IMG/VR virus record: IMGVR_UViG_3300044675_007236 | Reading direction: 5' to 3' (one strand) | DNA: 64,000 nt | Source of the DNA: a virus | Taxonomy: Duplodnaviria > Caudoviricetes | Shown: positions 1 through 9,317 of the stretch, in pieces | How the letters are laid out: every line of letters begins with the position of its first letter | How positions within the stretch are numbered: position 1 is the first letter of the stretch | The notes under the pieces: model-generated | The model's database searches: none | Told to the model about the DNA's origin: nothing | What the model saw: the letters and a program-made list of their open reading frames with translations, nothing else | Position numbers and translations under genes: made by a program

Positions 1-171
1 CCAGTTGGAGATAAATTCCAATCTAACCATGTAGTTTCCCTTGTCCGTTTGGACAAAAGGAACTTCGGCAACACAAATACCTTCGGTCGTGTGAACGGCA
101 AAATCCCGCCACAGGCAGGTGCCAGGCTTTAACCTGGACACCAGCTCTTCTAAGTTTTGTAGTTTTTCCAC
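1..171 (-). CDS. hypothetical protein, 5' part only (runs off window edge)
   Basis: Manual translation from GTG at 171: VEKLQNLEELVSRLKPGTCLWRDFAVHTTEG..., open to position 1; starts immediately after the stop of the upstream gene. Confidence 0.55.
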   Translation of the reverse strand, partial: MEKLQNLEELVSRLKPGTCLWRDFAVHTTEGICVAEVPFVQTDKGNYMVRLEFISNW

Positions 172-172
172 G

Positions 173-550
173 TTATTTCTTTGGGTCCATGAAAATGACA
201 ATGAAAAAAACTTCTAGTGACATGCGGGATTCAAACTTTGCAACCCACTCAAGCTCCTCGGCTGACAAAGTTTCCTTTGTCTTATTGAGGATAGTAATCT
301 CGCTGTCTTTAAGTTCTCGAAGTTTGCGATCCAGAATCTTGTTCATCGATCTGCGAAAGACAGGGCCTGGTTCGCCTCTCTGAATAACAAATCCCAACCA
401 GAAAGCGTCCTGAAACGCGTGCACTGTGTTAGTGACGAGCTTTTCGTTGCGAACTTCTTTAACCGGTGCTCCCGGCTTGTCCTGGACCTGCATCGCAGAA
501 AGCGTGAAAAGACTAGACAAAGTAAACAGAATCAAAATGATCGTACGCAT
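173..550 (-). CDS. hypothetical exported/membrane-anchored protein (~125 aa)
   Basis: ATG at 550 preceded by AAGGA; N-terminus MRTIILILFTLSSLFTLSA looks like a signal peptide. Confidence 0.65.
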   Translation of the reverse strand: MRTIILILFTLSSLFTLSAMQVQDKPGAPVKEVRNEKLVTNTVHAFQDAFWLGFVIQRGEPGPVFRRSMNKILDRKLRELKDSEITILNKTKETLSAEELEWVAKFESRMSLEVFFIVIFMDPKK

Positions 551-567
551 GATTTTTCCTTGTGAAT

Positions 568-1370
568 GTAAATTAAAGATTACCGCAGCATTCACTGAAT
601 GCGGTAAGCTTGTGTCCTCTGCATTTGCCAGGGCTTGGAACCTGCCTCACCGTGAGGGCTGCATTACACGCCGCAACTCTGCAAAGATCCTCACTGATCT
701 TTACGCTTGCGGCAGGTCGGTCATGTAACTTGACCGGTGGTATAGAGTGAGCTATGCATTTTTCTACCTGTATGCTCAGGCTCTTAGCGTAGAAGTACGG
801 GCAAGTTTCCGCTCTGCCTAGCGATCCGTTCTTCCACGGATTATTACTGGCCCCTTCGCGGTAGCTTTGCGTCGGACTCTCTCCGCGTGACTTGTCGTTA
901 CTGATCAAGTCCACTGCTGACGTTTTTTAGTGTCGTCAGTACCACGTTACCTTTGGTTTAGCGAGAAGGTATTTCTCGGAACGTTTACTGCTTTTTAGCT
1001 CCGCCTTGAGATTGTTATAGACAACGCAAGACGCCAACATAAAAGCCCACAGAAATTTAGGGCTAGTTGTCGGAACAGTTTTCACTTTCTGGGGAATGCC
1101 CTTTCGGACTTTAGTTCAACCCCGAAACCGTGCCACGTGTACCTTTACACGCCACACAGTAATGCTTTACAAGACCCATAAAGAGAAGATCTTGGTAAGG
1201 ACGACACAAGTGCTAGCCGCCCGCAAATATCGCAAAGACAAAAGACGCTGTTACCCTCAGCTTGATTTTTACATCAAGCGAGTGCGGCCTTTGCGATACT
1301 CGACTTAAGCCAGTGAAAATACGTTTGCTTTTGTATTTCGACCGACTTGCAAACGATAAGTCGTCTGCAT
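568..1370 (-). ncRNA. candidate giant structured non-coding RNA (~800 nt; GOLLD/ROOL size class, family unverified)
   Basis: No credible ORF. At least 17 stem-loops, e.g. 580-607, 645-657, 670-713, 718-736, 767-780, 800-818, 825-840, 917-939, 962-978, 1045-1063, 1098-1109 (GUCC-GAAA-GGGC), 1135-1152, 1170-1194, 1261-1278, 1279-1302, 1317-1338, 1343-1363. G-U pairs in 1098-1109 and 1170-1194 favour the minus strand. -10-like box upstream; terminal hairpin with U-rich tail. Confidence 0.7.
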
Positions 1371-1373
1371 ATT

Positions 1374-1400
1374 ATTATGACTCGTTTTTAACGAAAATTA
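1374..1400 (-). promoter_or_regulatory. putative promoter for the structured RNA
   Basis: CATAAT -10-like hexamer at 1374-1379 in an AT-rich stretch right after the stop of the last structural gene; -35 weak. Confidence 0.35.
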
Positions 1401-1404
1401 AGCA

Positions 1405-1701
1405 CTAAAAAGTATACTCTACAACCTTACCATTTTGGGCTACTCTCAGTCTAACCTTATCAGCACTAAGCATTTCTTTAAGTCGCTTCTTTTTCTCCAC
1501 ACCCATGTTGATGATAGATTGCTTGATCGTCTGCATGGTCTGCACACGTCTGGCTGCTGCCTTGTTACAAGGTTTACAACTTTTCTTCGCAACCGGTGCG
1601 GCACCGCTTGCGAGGAACGGAAACTCTCGTACGAAGTTAGGATTTGTAGCGAGCGTGAGCAACACCGTATCTTCAAGTGTAAGTAGCTTGTGTGTAGCCA
1701 T
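1405..1701 (-). CDS. hypothetical basic protein with CxxC
   Basis: 98-aa ORF with TAATG coupling to the upstream gene; SCKPC motif. Confidence 0.75.
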   Translation of the reverse strand: MATHKLLTLEDTVLLTLATNPNFVREFPFLASGAAPVAKKSCKPCNKAAARRVQTMQTIKQSIINMGVEKKKRLKEMLSADKVRLRVAQNGKVVEYTF

Positions 1702-2138
1702 TAGTTTGAGCTCGAGGTAGATGTGTCAGGAGCATCCGGTATCCAAACGACTTGTGTTGTTTTCAGTGTATCTAGACGGTTCATTGCTTTGATCAAAATT
1801 TCGACTTCGTGCTTGATCTCATCCCATATGGCCTGTGCCTGGGCCGACGAGGCAACGTCTAGCTCGACATAACTAAGACGGTAGTACGGCCAACCTTGAT
1901 CTGGGTCCGGGGCACCAGCAGGATAGTCGGCTAACTGGGGAGGTCCAGCTACCGCTTCAAATACGTCTGTACTTAGATCGGTGTACGGGCTAGGTGTGTT
2001 GTGTCTGTAGATAAAAACATTTCCGTCTATATCGTTGCCCTCGAAGTCTGTGACATCTATACGTAAACGATAAGCACCGTAGTTTGGAAAAACAACAGTG
2101 CCTGTTTCTGCTTTTGTAAGTTGTATTCGTCTAGCCAT
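1701..2138 (-). CDS. hypothetical protein (possibly virion structural)
   Basis: 145-aa ORF with GAGG SD; operon context. Confidence 0.75.
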   Translation of the reverse strand: MARRIQLTKAETGTVVFPNYGAYRLRIDVTDFEGNDIDGNVFIYRHNTPSPYTDLSTDVFEAVAGPPQLADYPAGAPDPDQGWPYYRLSYVELDVASSAQAQAIWDEIKHEVEILIKAMNRLDTLKTTQVVWIPDAPDTSTSSSN

Positions 2139-2153
2139 TGCCTCAGCCTCGGT

Positions 2154-2768
2154 TTAGATATCGAGCAACGATTTCATTATCTCTAGTTTTGGTTTTTTTG
2201 CAATATTGCAGGCTTGCGACGTACAGTGAATTAGTTGGTCGTACACCGGGTATTCTGCCACTGTAAATTTTTTGGTAAACGCAATAAGCCCAGTCGCCAG
2301 CATAATCATATCGGAAGTGTGGGGTCTATCGTGGATTTGAATAAAGTGCTCATACTGTGCGGCTAAGTTACAGAATTCGCGACAAACTCGCAGGTAGTTT
2401 TCTGCGGAGCCTGACACGGTGCAAGGTACGTGACCGCAGTGGACGACGAGTTCCGAGGATTCAAAAGCATCTGATTGTGTCAGCCCGGTGTTCACGACAT
2501 CATAGTCTATCATGACCCCACCTCCAATTTCAGCCATTGCCAACCATCGCATATAGCAATGATAGTCGTACTTGCCTGGATTTACAGTTGGTAGCCTGGA
2601 GACAGTATCGACATATTGTTGGTAGAAAGTAGATCTTCTTGCAACAGCTTCGCCTATAACTTCTAATTGCCAACCATTACGCTCCCAAGATTGGCGACAA
2701 ACTTCTATTTGGTCTGGTTGGCCTGTAAGTTGGCTTACAGGTTCGTAGTAGGTAAAAACACGTTTCAT
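2154..2768 (-). CDS. putative GT-A-fold glycosyltransferase with DxD motif
   Basis: ...RWLAMAEIGGGVMIDYDV... resembles the R-x-x-x-x-x-x-x-GG-x-x-x-D-x-D segment of DxD sugar-binding transferases (GT32-like). Confidence 0.6.
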   Translation of the reverse strand: MKRVFTYYEPVSQLTGQPDQIEVCRQSWERNGWQLEVIGEAVARRSTFYQQYVDTVSRLPTVNPGKYDYHCYMRWLAMAEIGGGVMIDYDVVNTGLTQSDAFESSELVVHCGHVPCTVSGSAENYLRVCREFCNLAAQYEHFIQIHDRPHTSDMIMLATGLIAFTKKFTVAEYPVYDQLIHCTSQACNIAKKPKLEIMKSLLDI

Positions 2769-2770
2769 AG

Positions 2771-4765
2771 CTATCTCTTAATCTGTGATATATCGAAGTC
2801 AGGATCCCACGGAAAACGCTGGCTTGCTCCGCGTCTACCGCCTTGTTCTCGAGAAGGACAAGCTATCAAACTTTTATTCTTGTTCCATTGTTTTATACCA
2901 AAACCGGCTTGGTGTACTTGTTCGCCAATTGTGATGTCTCCGCCGTTGTGTAGTAGCCTACAGTCAGGCACATCGGCCTGTCGCATAGCCTCCGTTTCCA
3001 GAGCCCAGCACCAGCCTACAGCAAAGTCGATCACAGAACCATTGGAAACTTCTTCTTTCCCCGTCTTTGTACGTAAGTGCTTGCCCTTATGCCACATAGC
3101 ATCCTTAAACCACTTGTCAGGACGATGCCCTGCCCCCGCATAAACGCTGAGATCGTGATACATAATATTACCATAAAGCCTAAATCCGCTTTTATGATTA
3201 GCTACTATTGTTGTACAAAGATCTCCCAACCAAGCGGGGTTAGCTACCCAAGTGTCATCGTCAAACCACATTAAATACTTAGTAGTAATAGGATGAGATT
3301 CGTCATAAAACATTTGACGCATTACGGGATACTTGAAGTCGTTAGTATCGTGCTTGTATATCTTAGTAACTGGCACTGTCTTTAGATAATCGAGTGTAGC
3401 TTTCGGTACTTGGTTTGTAGCAACTCTAAGATCTAATTGGTCGTTCGGTACTGTTCTAAGTATTCCGTTTATACATCTTGTAGCGAGCTGCGTATGCTGT
3501 CCGTAGCAAAGTACAAAAACTGTAATCTTTCCGCCTAGTATCGGATCGCTTAAACCTGGTACAGCCTTAAATATACTTCCAACTTGATTTGCTTTTAGTT
3601 CTAACGGATGAACTTTTTGATGTGTTTTTTGTGTTACATTAGGTCTAGATGGTTCTCTAACCATTTTTACATCGTGCGGCTTATGCTCTACGAGCTCTAC
3701 CGCAGGTATCACAATGTTATGTCTTACCTCTTCCTGTGCGGTAGTAGGTTGCAACACTCCAGATTGATAGTAAGACATGACCGCGGCTACAACTTCGTCA
3801 GAACTAAGCATATCGTGACAGCCTGCTACCGCGTGCGTAGTCGCGGGCTTAACTGGTTTCTGACATAGCAGATGTATTTTGCGACTGCGATCAGTCGGAT
3901 CAAGCGGCACTACTCTATTTTTCCAGCAACCGTAGCTCTCGCAGCACGGTAGCTTTCCAACGGTGTGCAAGTACTTGTGCGGTATAGTTACTGCTTCTGC
4001 GTTAGCTCCGAACGCCTGATACTCGTCAGTGTAAGCTTCAAACCAAGGTTCTTCTCTACCGCCCGCGTACACCACGCACGGTTTATCGAATGCGGCTGCG
4101 ATATGCATAGCACCTGTAATCCCGCATATAACGCCGTCGGAGTGCAGTATTATGTTCCACAGGTCTCTTACATTATCTGTCTGACCTACAAGGTTAAGCG
4201 TACGCTCGAGCGGCGGGTGTATATGATTGGTTTGAGTAGCACCAACCTGAACGCAATGTATGTTATCGTTTAACAGTTTATCTACGACTTCTTGCATGCG
4301 GTGAGAATGCCAGTGTTTAACAGTAGCGTCTAACTTACCGCCTGATACCACAACCCAATATCTACCTGTCAGCCTTCTAACCCTTTCATCGTCTGACAGG
4401 TGTAAGTCAGCTTTAGGTTTTGTCACGGGTACTTTTATACCGGTTTTGACTTCGAAATCATGATGGTACCAAGCCAGTATATGTCTTTTGTTGCCCTGTG
4501 AATCGATACCGTGCTGTTTAATTGCTTTACCCCAATCAAGGGTGACTAGCTTGGCTTTTGACCTTTGGCTTTCAGAAAACTTTACAACATACGGATTGTT
4601 CCACCATACGTTAGTAAAGTTGGTACTAACCTCAGTCTCGTACTTGCCCGGATAGGCCGCATGCAGATCACGTATAAGTGCCGTAAAAAGAACAGTGTCG
4701 CCCAGAGCGTGCGGGTGACCGTGCCTAACTATTAGTGGAATTTTGCCTTGCATTTTGCCTTGCAT
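2771..4765 (-). CDS. bifunctional glycosyltransferase: N-terminal GT9 (heptosyltransferase-like, GT-B) fused to C-terminal GT2-like (GT-A) domain
   Basis: GT9 motifs ALGDTVLFTALIRDLHAAYPG and LNLVGQT...GVICGITGAMHIAAAFDKPCVV; C-terminal ITVFVLCY...YLMWFDDD; start may be 4753. Confidence 0.8.
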   Translation of the reverse strand: MQGKMQGKIPLIVRHGHPHALGDTVLFTALIRDLHAAYPGKYETEVSTNFTNVWWNNPYVVKFSESQRSKAKLVTLDWGKAIKQHGIDSQGNKRHILAWYHHDFEVKTGIKVPVTKPKADLHLSDDERVRRLTGRYWVVVSGGKLDATVKHWHSHRMQEVVDKLLNDNIHCVQVGATQTNHIHPPLERTLNLVGQTDNVRDLWNIILHSDGVICGITGAMHIAAAFDKPCVVYAGGREEPWFEAYTDEYQAFGANAEAVTIPHKYLHTVGKLPCCESYGCWKNRVVPLDPTDRSRKIHLLCQKPVKPATTHAVAGCHDMLSSDEVVAAVMSYYQSGVLQPTTAQEEVRHNIVIPAVELVEHKPHDVKMVREPSRPNVTQKTHQKVHPLELKANQVGSIFKAVPGLSDPILGGKITVFVLCYGQHTQLATRCINGILRTVPNDQLDLRVATNQVPKATLDYLKTVPVTKIYKHDTNDFKYPVMRQMFYDESHPITTKYLMWFDDDTWVANPAWLGDLCTTIVANHKSGFRLYGNIMYHDLSVYAGAGHRPDKWFKDAMWHKGKHLRTKTGKEEVSNGSVIDFAVGWCWALETEAMRQADVPDCRLLHNGGDITIGEQVHQAGFGIKQWNKNKSLIACPSREQGGRRGASQRFPWDPDFDISQIKR

Positions 4766-5075
4766 TTTGTTCTATCTTTGACTTTTTCTCGGGCTTTGAT
4801 AACAGCTGAACCAGTTCGCGGCAAATATTTTGCAAGTTTTCTGCGTGTTTGTCGATTGTAGCTCGCAAGAATTCGTCGGACTCCAATACAACAGGCAATA
4901 CCGCAAACGGCTTGCATTGTTGTTCGTAGGCCTGTTTACTTCGCCAACACGTAAAGACACAGCACACGTTTCCAGTATCAAGCTTAATGCTTAACTCGGT
5001 CATTAAGCAGTAAGCCTTAATGTCTCCAACATCTGTCGGATCGTGTAAGTTGACTTCCAGCACTAGTTCAGTCAT
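4725..5075 (-). CDS. hypothetical protein
   Basis: 116-aa ORF in operon; overlaps the next gene. Confidence 0.65.
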   Translation of the reverse strand: MTELVLEVNLHDPTDVGDIKAYCLMTELSIKLDTGNVCCVFTCWRSKQAYEQQCKPFAVLPVVLESDEFLRATIDKHAENLQNICRELVQLLSKPEKKSKIEQNARQNARQNSTNS

Positions 5076-5098
5076 AGCTGCTCTTTCAAAAGTTTGGT

Positions 5099-5719
5099 TT
5101 ACTTAGGTAAGTACTTTAGCTTACCGTCGACACGTTGAATTTTAAAGTCGATGAATTTTTGCGATAGTCGCATAGACTGGTACACTGGAAAATTTTTAGG
5201 TGGTTTTTCTAAGTACTCCTCAACAAAAAAACCGTCTTCGTCTAGCCTGTAGTATTTGACCGGACTTCTGACTAGCGTGATACCGGACCTAAGCGGAGAA
5301 CACAACGCAAAAAGTCCAATATTTTGATTTTTACATTCTTCAGCGTAAGCACAGTCGCAAACAGACTGCGGCTCTTCACTGTGCGACATAGCCTGTCCTG
5401 AAGCAGCCGAACTTGTAAAATATATCGACTCGAATGCTTTACTGTTAAATATTTCATCTTCGTTGTAATAAAATCTGTAAGGTAAATTGTACGATTTTAT
5501 TACATCTAAATGTGACTTAGCGATAATAGGTGGTCGTGTACCAGGGTATGTTGTTAAAAACTCTGCGTCAGTTTCATTCGCAAACATATCAAAATAAGTT
5601 TTGATATCTGTTTGAATATTAGCCGGGTCGGTAAAATACATGAACAAAACAACTATCATGTTTTCTATGCGTTCGTATACAACCCAGTTTTTTTCGTCGA
5701 TGTAATACTTATTTATCAT
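5099..5719 (-). CDS. hypothetical protein
   Basis: 206-aa ORF; ATGA overlap with upstream stop. Confidence 0.75.
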   Translation of the reverse strand: MINKYYIDEKNWVVYERIENMIVVLFMYFTDPANIQTDIKTYFDMFANETDAEFLTTYPGTRPPIIAKSHLDVIKSYNLPYRFYYNEDEIFNSKAFESIYFTSSAASGQAMSHSEEPQSVCDCAYAEECKNQNIGLFALCSPLRSGITLVRSPVKYYRLDEDGFFVEEYLEKPPKNFPVYQSMRLSQKFIDFKIQRVDGKLKYLPK

Positions 5720-6126
5720 GCTACGACCTGTACTGTAAATGTGTCTATAAGTGCGTTATTTGCATTGTTACGTACTTCTACTGTTTGCGGACTTACCTTA
5801 GCCGTCAAGGTGCTGTAACAAGTAAACTTAACCCACTGACCAGCTGTTACTGCGAACGTGCTGCCAGGGCTGTCGGCTACCTGTATCCATGGCGGCGTTG
5901 TTGGTTGCCCGTTTGGGTTTAAAGTTGCTTCAGAAGCTGCTACTTGATAGAAAAGTTGAATATTGGACGGGCTTGTCAAGTTTACAACTTTAAGTGTTAC
6001 ACCGTATGTAAGTAATTTACTGGTGATAGTGCCGCTTGTTGTGCCTAAACTCCACTGTATAGCTTCCCAGTCTGGGTTAACAACGCTTGGTGGTTGTACG
6101 TTAAACAGACCAGCAAATGGTAACAT
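5716..6126 (-). CDS. beta-rich fibre-associated protein (~136 aa)
   Basis: ATG at 6126 overlaps the fibre stop (TAATG); Thr/Ser/Val-rich beta-strand pattern. Confidence 0.7.
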   Translation of the reverse strand: MLPFAGLFNVQPPSVVNPDWEAIQWSLGTTSGTITSKLLTYGVTLKVVNLTSPSNIQLFYQVAASEATLNPNGQPTTPPWIQVADSPGSTFAVTAGQWVKFTCYSTLTAKVSPQTVEVRNNANNALIDTFTVQVVA

Positions 6127-8270
6127 TATATTGTTGTATCTCCAGCTAGTACAAAGTTGTTTGCACTTCTTTGGATCAGAGACACGACTGCCCATCTACC
6201 TGCTGTTTTAGTGTGACTTTGTCTGTTGTTTATGGTTGTACCCGACGCATTAAAAGTAACTTGACCTGTACCTGACTGTATCACAGTAACCGTAAAACCA
6301 ACTGGTAAGCCTGTAGGTACCGTTATCGTTATAGCGTTACTGCATTCCAAGACTACACCGTTATCACCGGCTCCAAGTGTTCGCGATGCGTTAGCCTCGG
6401 TTACAATTATACCTGTACCTGTAACATACTTATTGGAAGTGATACCACCGGTGCTAAGCATATTAGTGCTAGCGTTGTAACTAAGAGCTGGCGACGTTGT
6501 ATCGATGTTAGGCGTTTGATTACTCCCGCCCGCCGCCACAAATACAACGTAAAACAAAGAATCTGCGTCTGTGGCTGTTGCGTTTATAGCTGTGCTAGGA
6601 CCCGTCGCACCGGTAGAGCCAGTTACTCCTGTGGCTCCTGTAGTCCCGGCAGCTCCGTTAGCACCTGTTGGTCCGGTAGCACCTACCGTCCCACTTATGC
6701 CTGTGGCACCTTGCGAACCTGTAGCCTGTAACGATAAGACAACTTGGTCTGACGCGGTGTAAGTTCCGTTTGTAACAATACTCTCTACACTAAAATCAAA
6801 ATAGGTTGCTTCTTCAGTTACAGCGGTAATTCGATACAAGCCAAAGTTAGTCACGTTGTTTATCAACCACGTCTTTATAATGTCGCTAGCTTTAAACGTG
6901 TCTAACCATGCCGTCATATCTATGTCATTGTAATTTGACTTTTCAACGTAAATATGCTCGACAGCATCCAATACTGCGCTATCAAAATAAACTTGACCGT
7001 GGGAAGTTAACGCCATTATCTTGGCAGATTCTATCTCAGTGTCTGCGTAGAAATAGCTGTCGTCACCTGTGTGTTTTAAAGGAAATACAGGGGCCTCTGG
7101 TGAAAGGTTGCTGTTAAACTCCCAGCTCATCAGAAAATCATTTTCGTCGGGTGTAGGCGGGCCGGACGGGCCGGGTGGTCCTGTTGGCCCTGTTGGGCCT
7201 GTTGGTCCCGAAGGCCCGGTTGAACCTTCGCAACAAGGCCCTTGTGGCCCAACGGCACCTTGCGGACCTGCAGGACCTATAGGTCCTTGTGGGCCTACGT
7301 CACCCTGAGGTCCTTGATAGCCTTGAGGTCCCCGATAGCCTTGAGGTCCCCGATAGCCTTGAGGTCCGCGGTATCCCTGCGGCCCGCGATAACCGTAAGG
7401 TCCACGGTATCCCTGCGGACCGCGGTACCCGGTTGCTCCCCGACCACCTAGCGGTCCTTGAGGCCCTGTTGGGCCTTGGTTACCGTCTGGGCCTGGATTG
7501 CCGTCTGGGCCTGGATTACCGTCTGGGCCTGGGTTGCCATCTGGGCCTGGATTACCGTCTGGACCGCTAGGTCCGGCTGGGCCTTGTGGTCCTTCTGGCC
7601 CGCTTGGTCCCGCGGGTCCGGTGGGTCCGGCTGGGCCTTGTGGTCCGTTTGGTCCTACTGGTCCTTGTGGTCCTTCTGGCCCAACGGGTCCTTCCGGTCC
7701 GTCAGGCCCTTGCGGTCCGGCTGGGCCTTGTGGTCCTTCCGGACCTTCTGGACCTTCGGGTCCTTGCGGCCCCTGTGGGCCTTCTGGTCCTGTTGGACCC
7801 TGTGGACCTTGTGGGCCTAACTGCGGGCTGGGTATTCCAAGATTTAAATCAATAGAGAACGTACAATCGCCAGATTTTGTTACGTCAAGCGAGGCAAACG
7901 GAGCTCCGCCGGGGCCTACGGTACTTACAGTGGCACTTCCGCTAATTTCCGGGCAAGGAAAAGCAATATCCAGCGTAAAGGTGTAATCGCAGCATGCACC
8001 TTTAGTTATTATGAGACTAGCGTTTTCTCCACCAATTGGCACTACGGTGGTATCAACATCGCCCGCACCTATTACAGGACAAATAGGATCGGGATCTAGC
8101 ATCGGAACCGGCAGCGACGGGCAATCGAAAATATCAGTCGGTGCCTGCGGTACCTGTGGATTAAGCAGCCAATTACCGCCAGGTATAGGAAAAATACAAG
8201 GCACATCGCATTTGATAACATCAAATACAGGTGACTGAGGTCCTTGTGGACACGGAGTCGTCGGTGCCAT
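6126..8270 (-). CDS. collagen-like tail fibre (714 aa)
   Basis: Cys/Pro-rich N-terminus, long G-X-Y repeat region, second GAT-type block, and a C-terminal fibre-tip-like beta domain ([27 protein letters not shown]). Confidence 0.85.
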   Translation of the reverse strand: MAPTTPCPQGPQSPVFDVIKCDVPCIFPIPGGNWLLNPQVPQAPTDIFDCPSLPVPMLDPDPICPVIGAGDVDTTVVPIGGENASLIITKGACCDYTFTLDIAFPCPEISGSATVSTVGPGGAPFASLDVTKSGDCTFSIDLNLGIPSPQLGPQGPQGPTGPEGPQGPQGPEGPEGPEGPQGPAGPQGPDGPEGPVGPEGPQGPVGPNGPQGPAGPTGPAGPSGPEGPQGPAGPSGPDGNPGPDGNPGPDGNPGPDGNPGPDGNQGPTGPQGPLGGRGATGYRGPQGYRGPYGYRGPQGYRGPQGYRGPQGYRGPQGYQGPQGDVGPQGPIGPAGPQGAVGPQGPCCEGSTGPSGPTGPTGPTGPPGPSGPPTPDENDFLMSWEFNSNLSPEAPVFPLKHTGDDSYFYADTEIESAKIMALTSHGQVYFDSAVLDAVEHIYVEKSNYNDIDMTAWLDTFKASDIIKTWLINNVTNFGLYRITAVTEEATYFDFSVESIVTNGTYTASDQVVLSLQATGSQGATGISGTVGATGPTGANGAAGTTGATGVTGSTGATGPSTAINATATDADSLFYVVFVAAGGSNQTPNIDTTSPALSYNASTNMLSTGGITSNKYVTGTGIIVTEANASRTLGAGDNGVVLECSNAITITVPTGLPVGFTVTVIQSGTGQVTFNASGTTINNRQSHTKTAGRWAVVSLIQRSANNFVLAGDTTI
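7155..7817 (-). repeat. coding 9/18-bp tandem repeats (collagen G-X-Y, ~73 triplets)
   Basis: Blocks of [12 protein letters not shown] and GYRGPQ repeats in frame within the fibre gene. Confidence 0.95.
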
Positions 8271-8281
8271 TCGTTATTTCC

Positions 8282-9316
8282 TTATAACGATATCGAATTA
8301 AATGAAAAATCACATACGGACAAGTCATTTAGATTGATATCTACGATTAGTTTGTGGTTGACGATATCAGTCAGTATAGAGACACCGGACTCGCCGAAAA
8401 AGGTTAAAGTTGGTCCCTGCAACCCGTTGACAGACCTAAACACTTCGTTGCAATAAAAATCACCAGCCAGAAGTTCGTTTTCAGAACCTATTGGGGGTGT
8501 TTCACCTGGGAATATAGCAATCTCGTTACACGGTTGGCCGTCACCTGTCCCGACACCTGGAGCGAACACCAACGTAGAAGCCGTTACATCCTGGTTGATT
8601 GAAATATTGAAACCTGCCTTGAACTTTACGTTACCAAGCAAACACACGTCATACACGTACGTCTGACCGACAGGAAAATCCCATTGGTTTTGCGGGCAGT
8701 TTTCAGGACGCAAAGCTCGAGTTCTGTCAGAGTTAGCTATGTTCAACGAAACAACCTGGCTATCGCTTAGATTTTGAATTAAGCAAGGTTCGACTATCCC
8801 CGAGTAAACGTCGGATCTTGTTACGCTGTTGCCTGCGGCAATTCGGTTTGCAAGCAAAGGCATGTCACCGGAAACCATAAAACCAGACCATAAAGGTTCT
8901 CCGCAGTCCTCCGGGTAACCTGAATCAGACGCTGACGCTTCTAACGCTTCGGAAGCTGAAAGACTTATATCTGCTTGGTCGGCTGTTATGCTTTCAACAA
9001 ACTCGGTTTCAAACAAATCAGCATCAGCTGCCCTTGTGAAAATCAAAGGGGCGTGCAGTAAATTGCTCGCCGTGCATCGAAACTCAAATTCAAACAAGAA
9101 AGAGTTTACACGAGTTATACGGTATAGGAACACCTCATCAATGCTGGCGTCAAAACCCGACTCAGCACCCAGGATAAAACCGCAATCGACAACTACATTG
9201 TCCGGTAAACCTGGCATAGCAAATATGCCAGTTTCAGGCGTATTTACGCCGACGCTTCCTTCCCTGAAAGGATACGAACGATTCAAGTTGTCGTTAAAAA
9301 AATTAGGACGAGGCAT
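8282..9316 (-). CDS. Cys-rich tail-tip/baseplate-periphery protein, paralogue 5 of 5
   Basis: N-terminus NFFNDNLNRSYPF; C-terminal CNEVFRSVNGLQG shared with neighbours. Confidence 0.75.
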   Translation of the reverse strand: MPRPNFFNDNLNRSYPFREGSVGVNTPETGIFAMPGLPDNVVVDCGFILGAESGFDASIDEVFLYRITRVNSFLFEFEFRCTASNLLHAPLIFTRAADADLFETEFVESITADQADISLSASEALEASASDSGYPEDCGEPLWSGFMVSGDMPLLANRIAAGNSVTRSDVYSGIVEPCLIQNLSDSQVVSLNIANSDRTRALRPENCPQNQWDFPVGQTYVYDVCLLGNVKFKAGFNISINQDVTASTLVFAPGVGTGDGQPCNEIAIFPGETPPIGSENELLAGDFYCNEVFRSVNGLQGPTLTFFGESGVSILTDIVNHKLIVDINLNDLSVCDFSFNSISL

Positions 9317-9317
9317 G

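Noticed and set aside
573-914. 113-aa minus-strand ORF (and plus-strand ORFs 426-728 and 1096-1308)
   Set aside because: No SD or recognisable motifs, non-ATG starts, and they overlie dense RNA hairpins; better explained as chance ORFs in a structured RNA
568-1370. Group I intron, RNase P RNA, tmRNA or tRNA identity for the structured region
   Set aside because: No group I R/S motifs (CAGAGACUA / AAGAUAUAGUC). AAAGUCC is present but without the GAGGAAAGUCC...CGGCUUA P4 pair. No tRNA cloverleaf or tmRNA ends; only an isolated T-loop-like stem
4741-4769. 12-bp tandem repeat TTTTGCCTTGCA in the overlap of two genes
   Set aside because: About 2.4 copies; probably a local slippage duplication (MQGK-MQGK / NARQ-NARQ) with no evidence of function
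7155-7817. Regular repeats as a CRISPR array or VNTR element (also 47336-48139)
   Set aside because: Units are multiples of 9 bp, in frame, with no unique spacers; they encode collagen triplets
7498-7986. Gly/Pro-rich plus-strand ORFs and alternative-frame ORFs over the collagen genes
   Set aside because: Shadow ORFs produced by stop-free repeats on the opposite strand or frame
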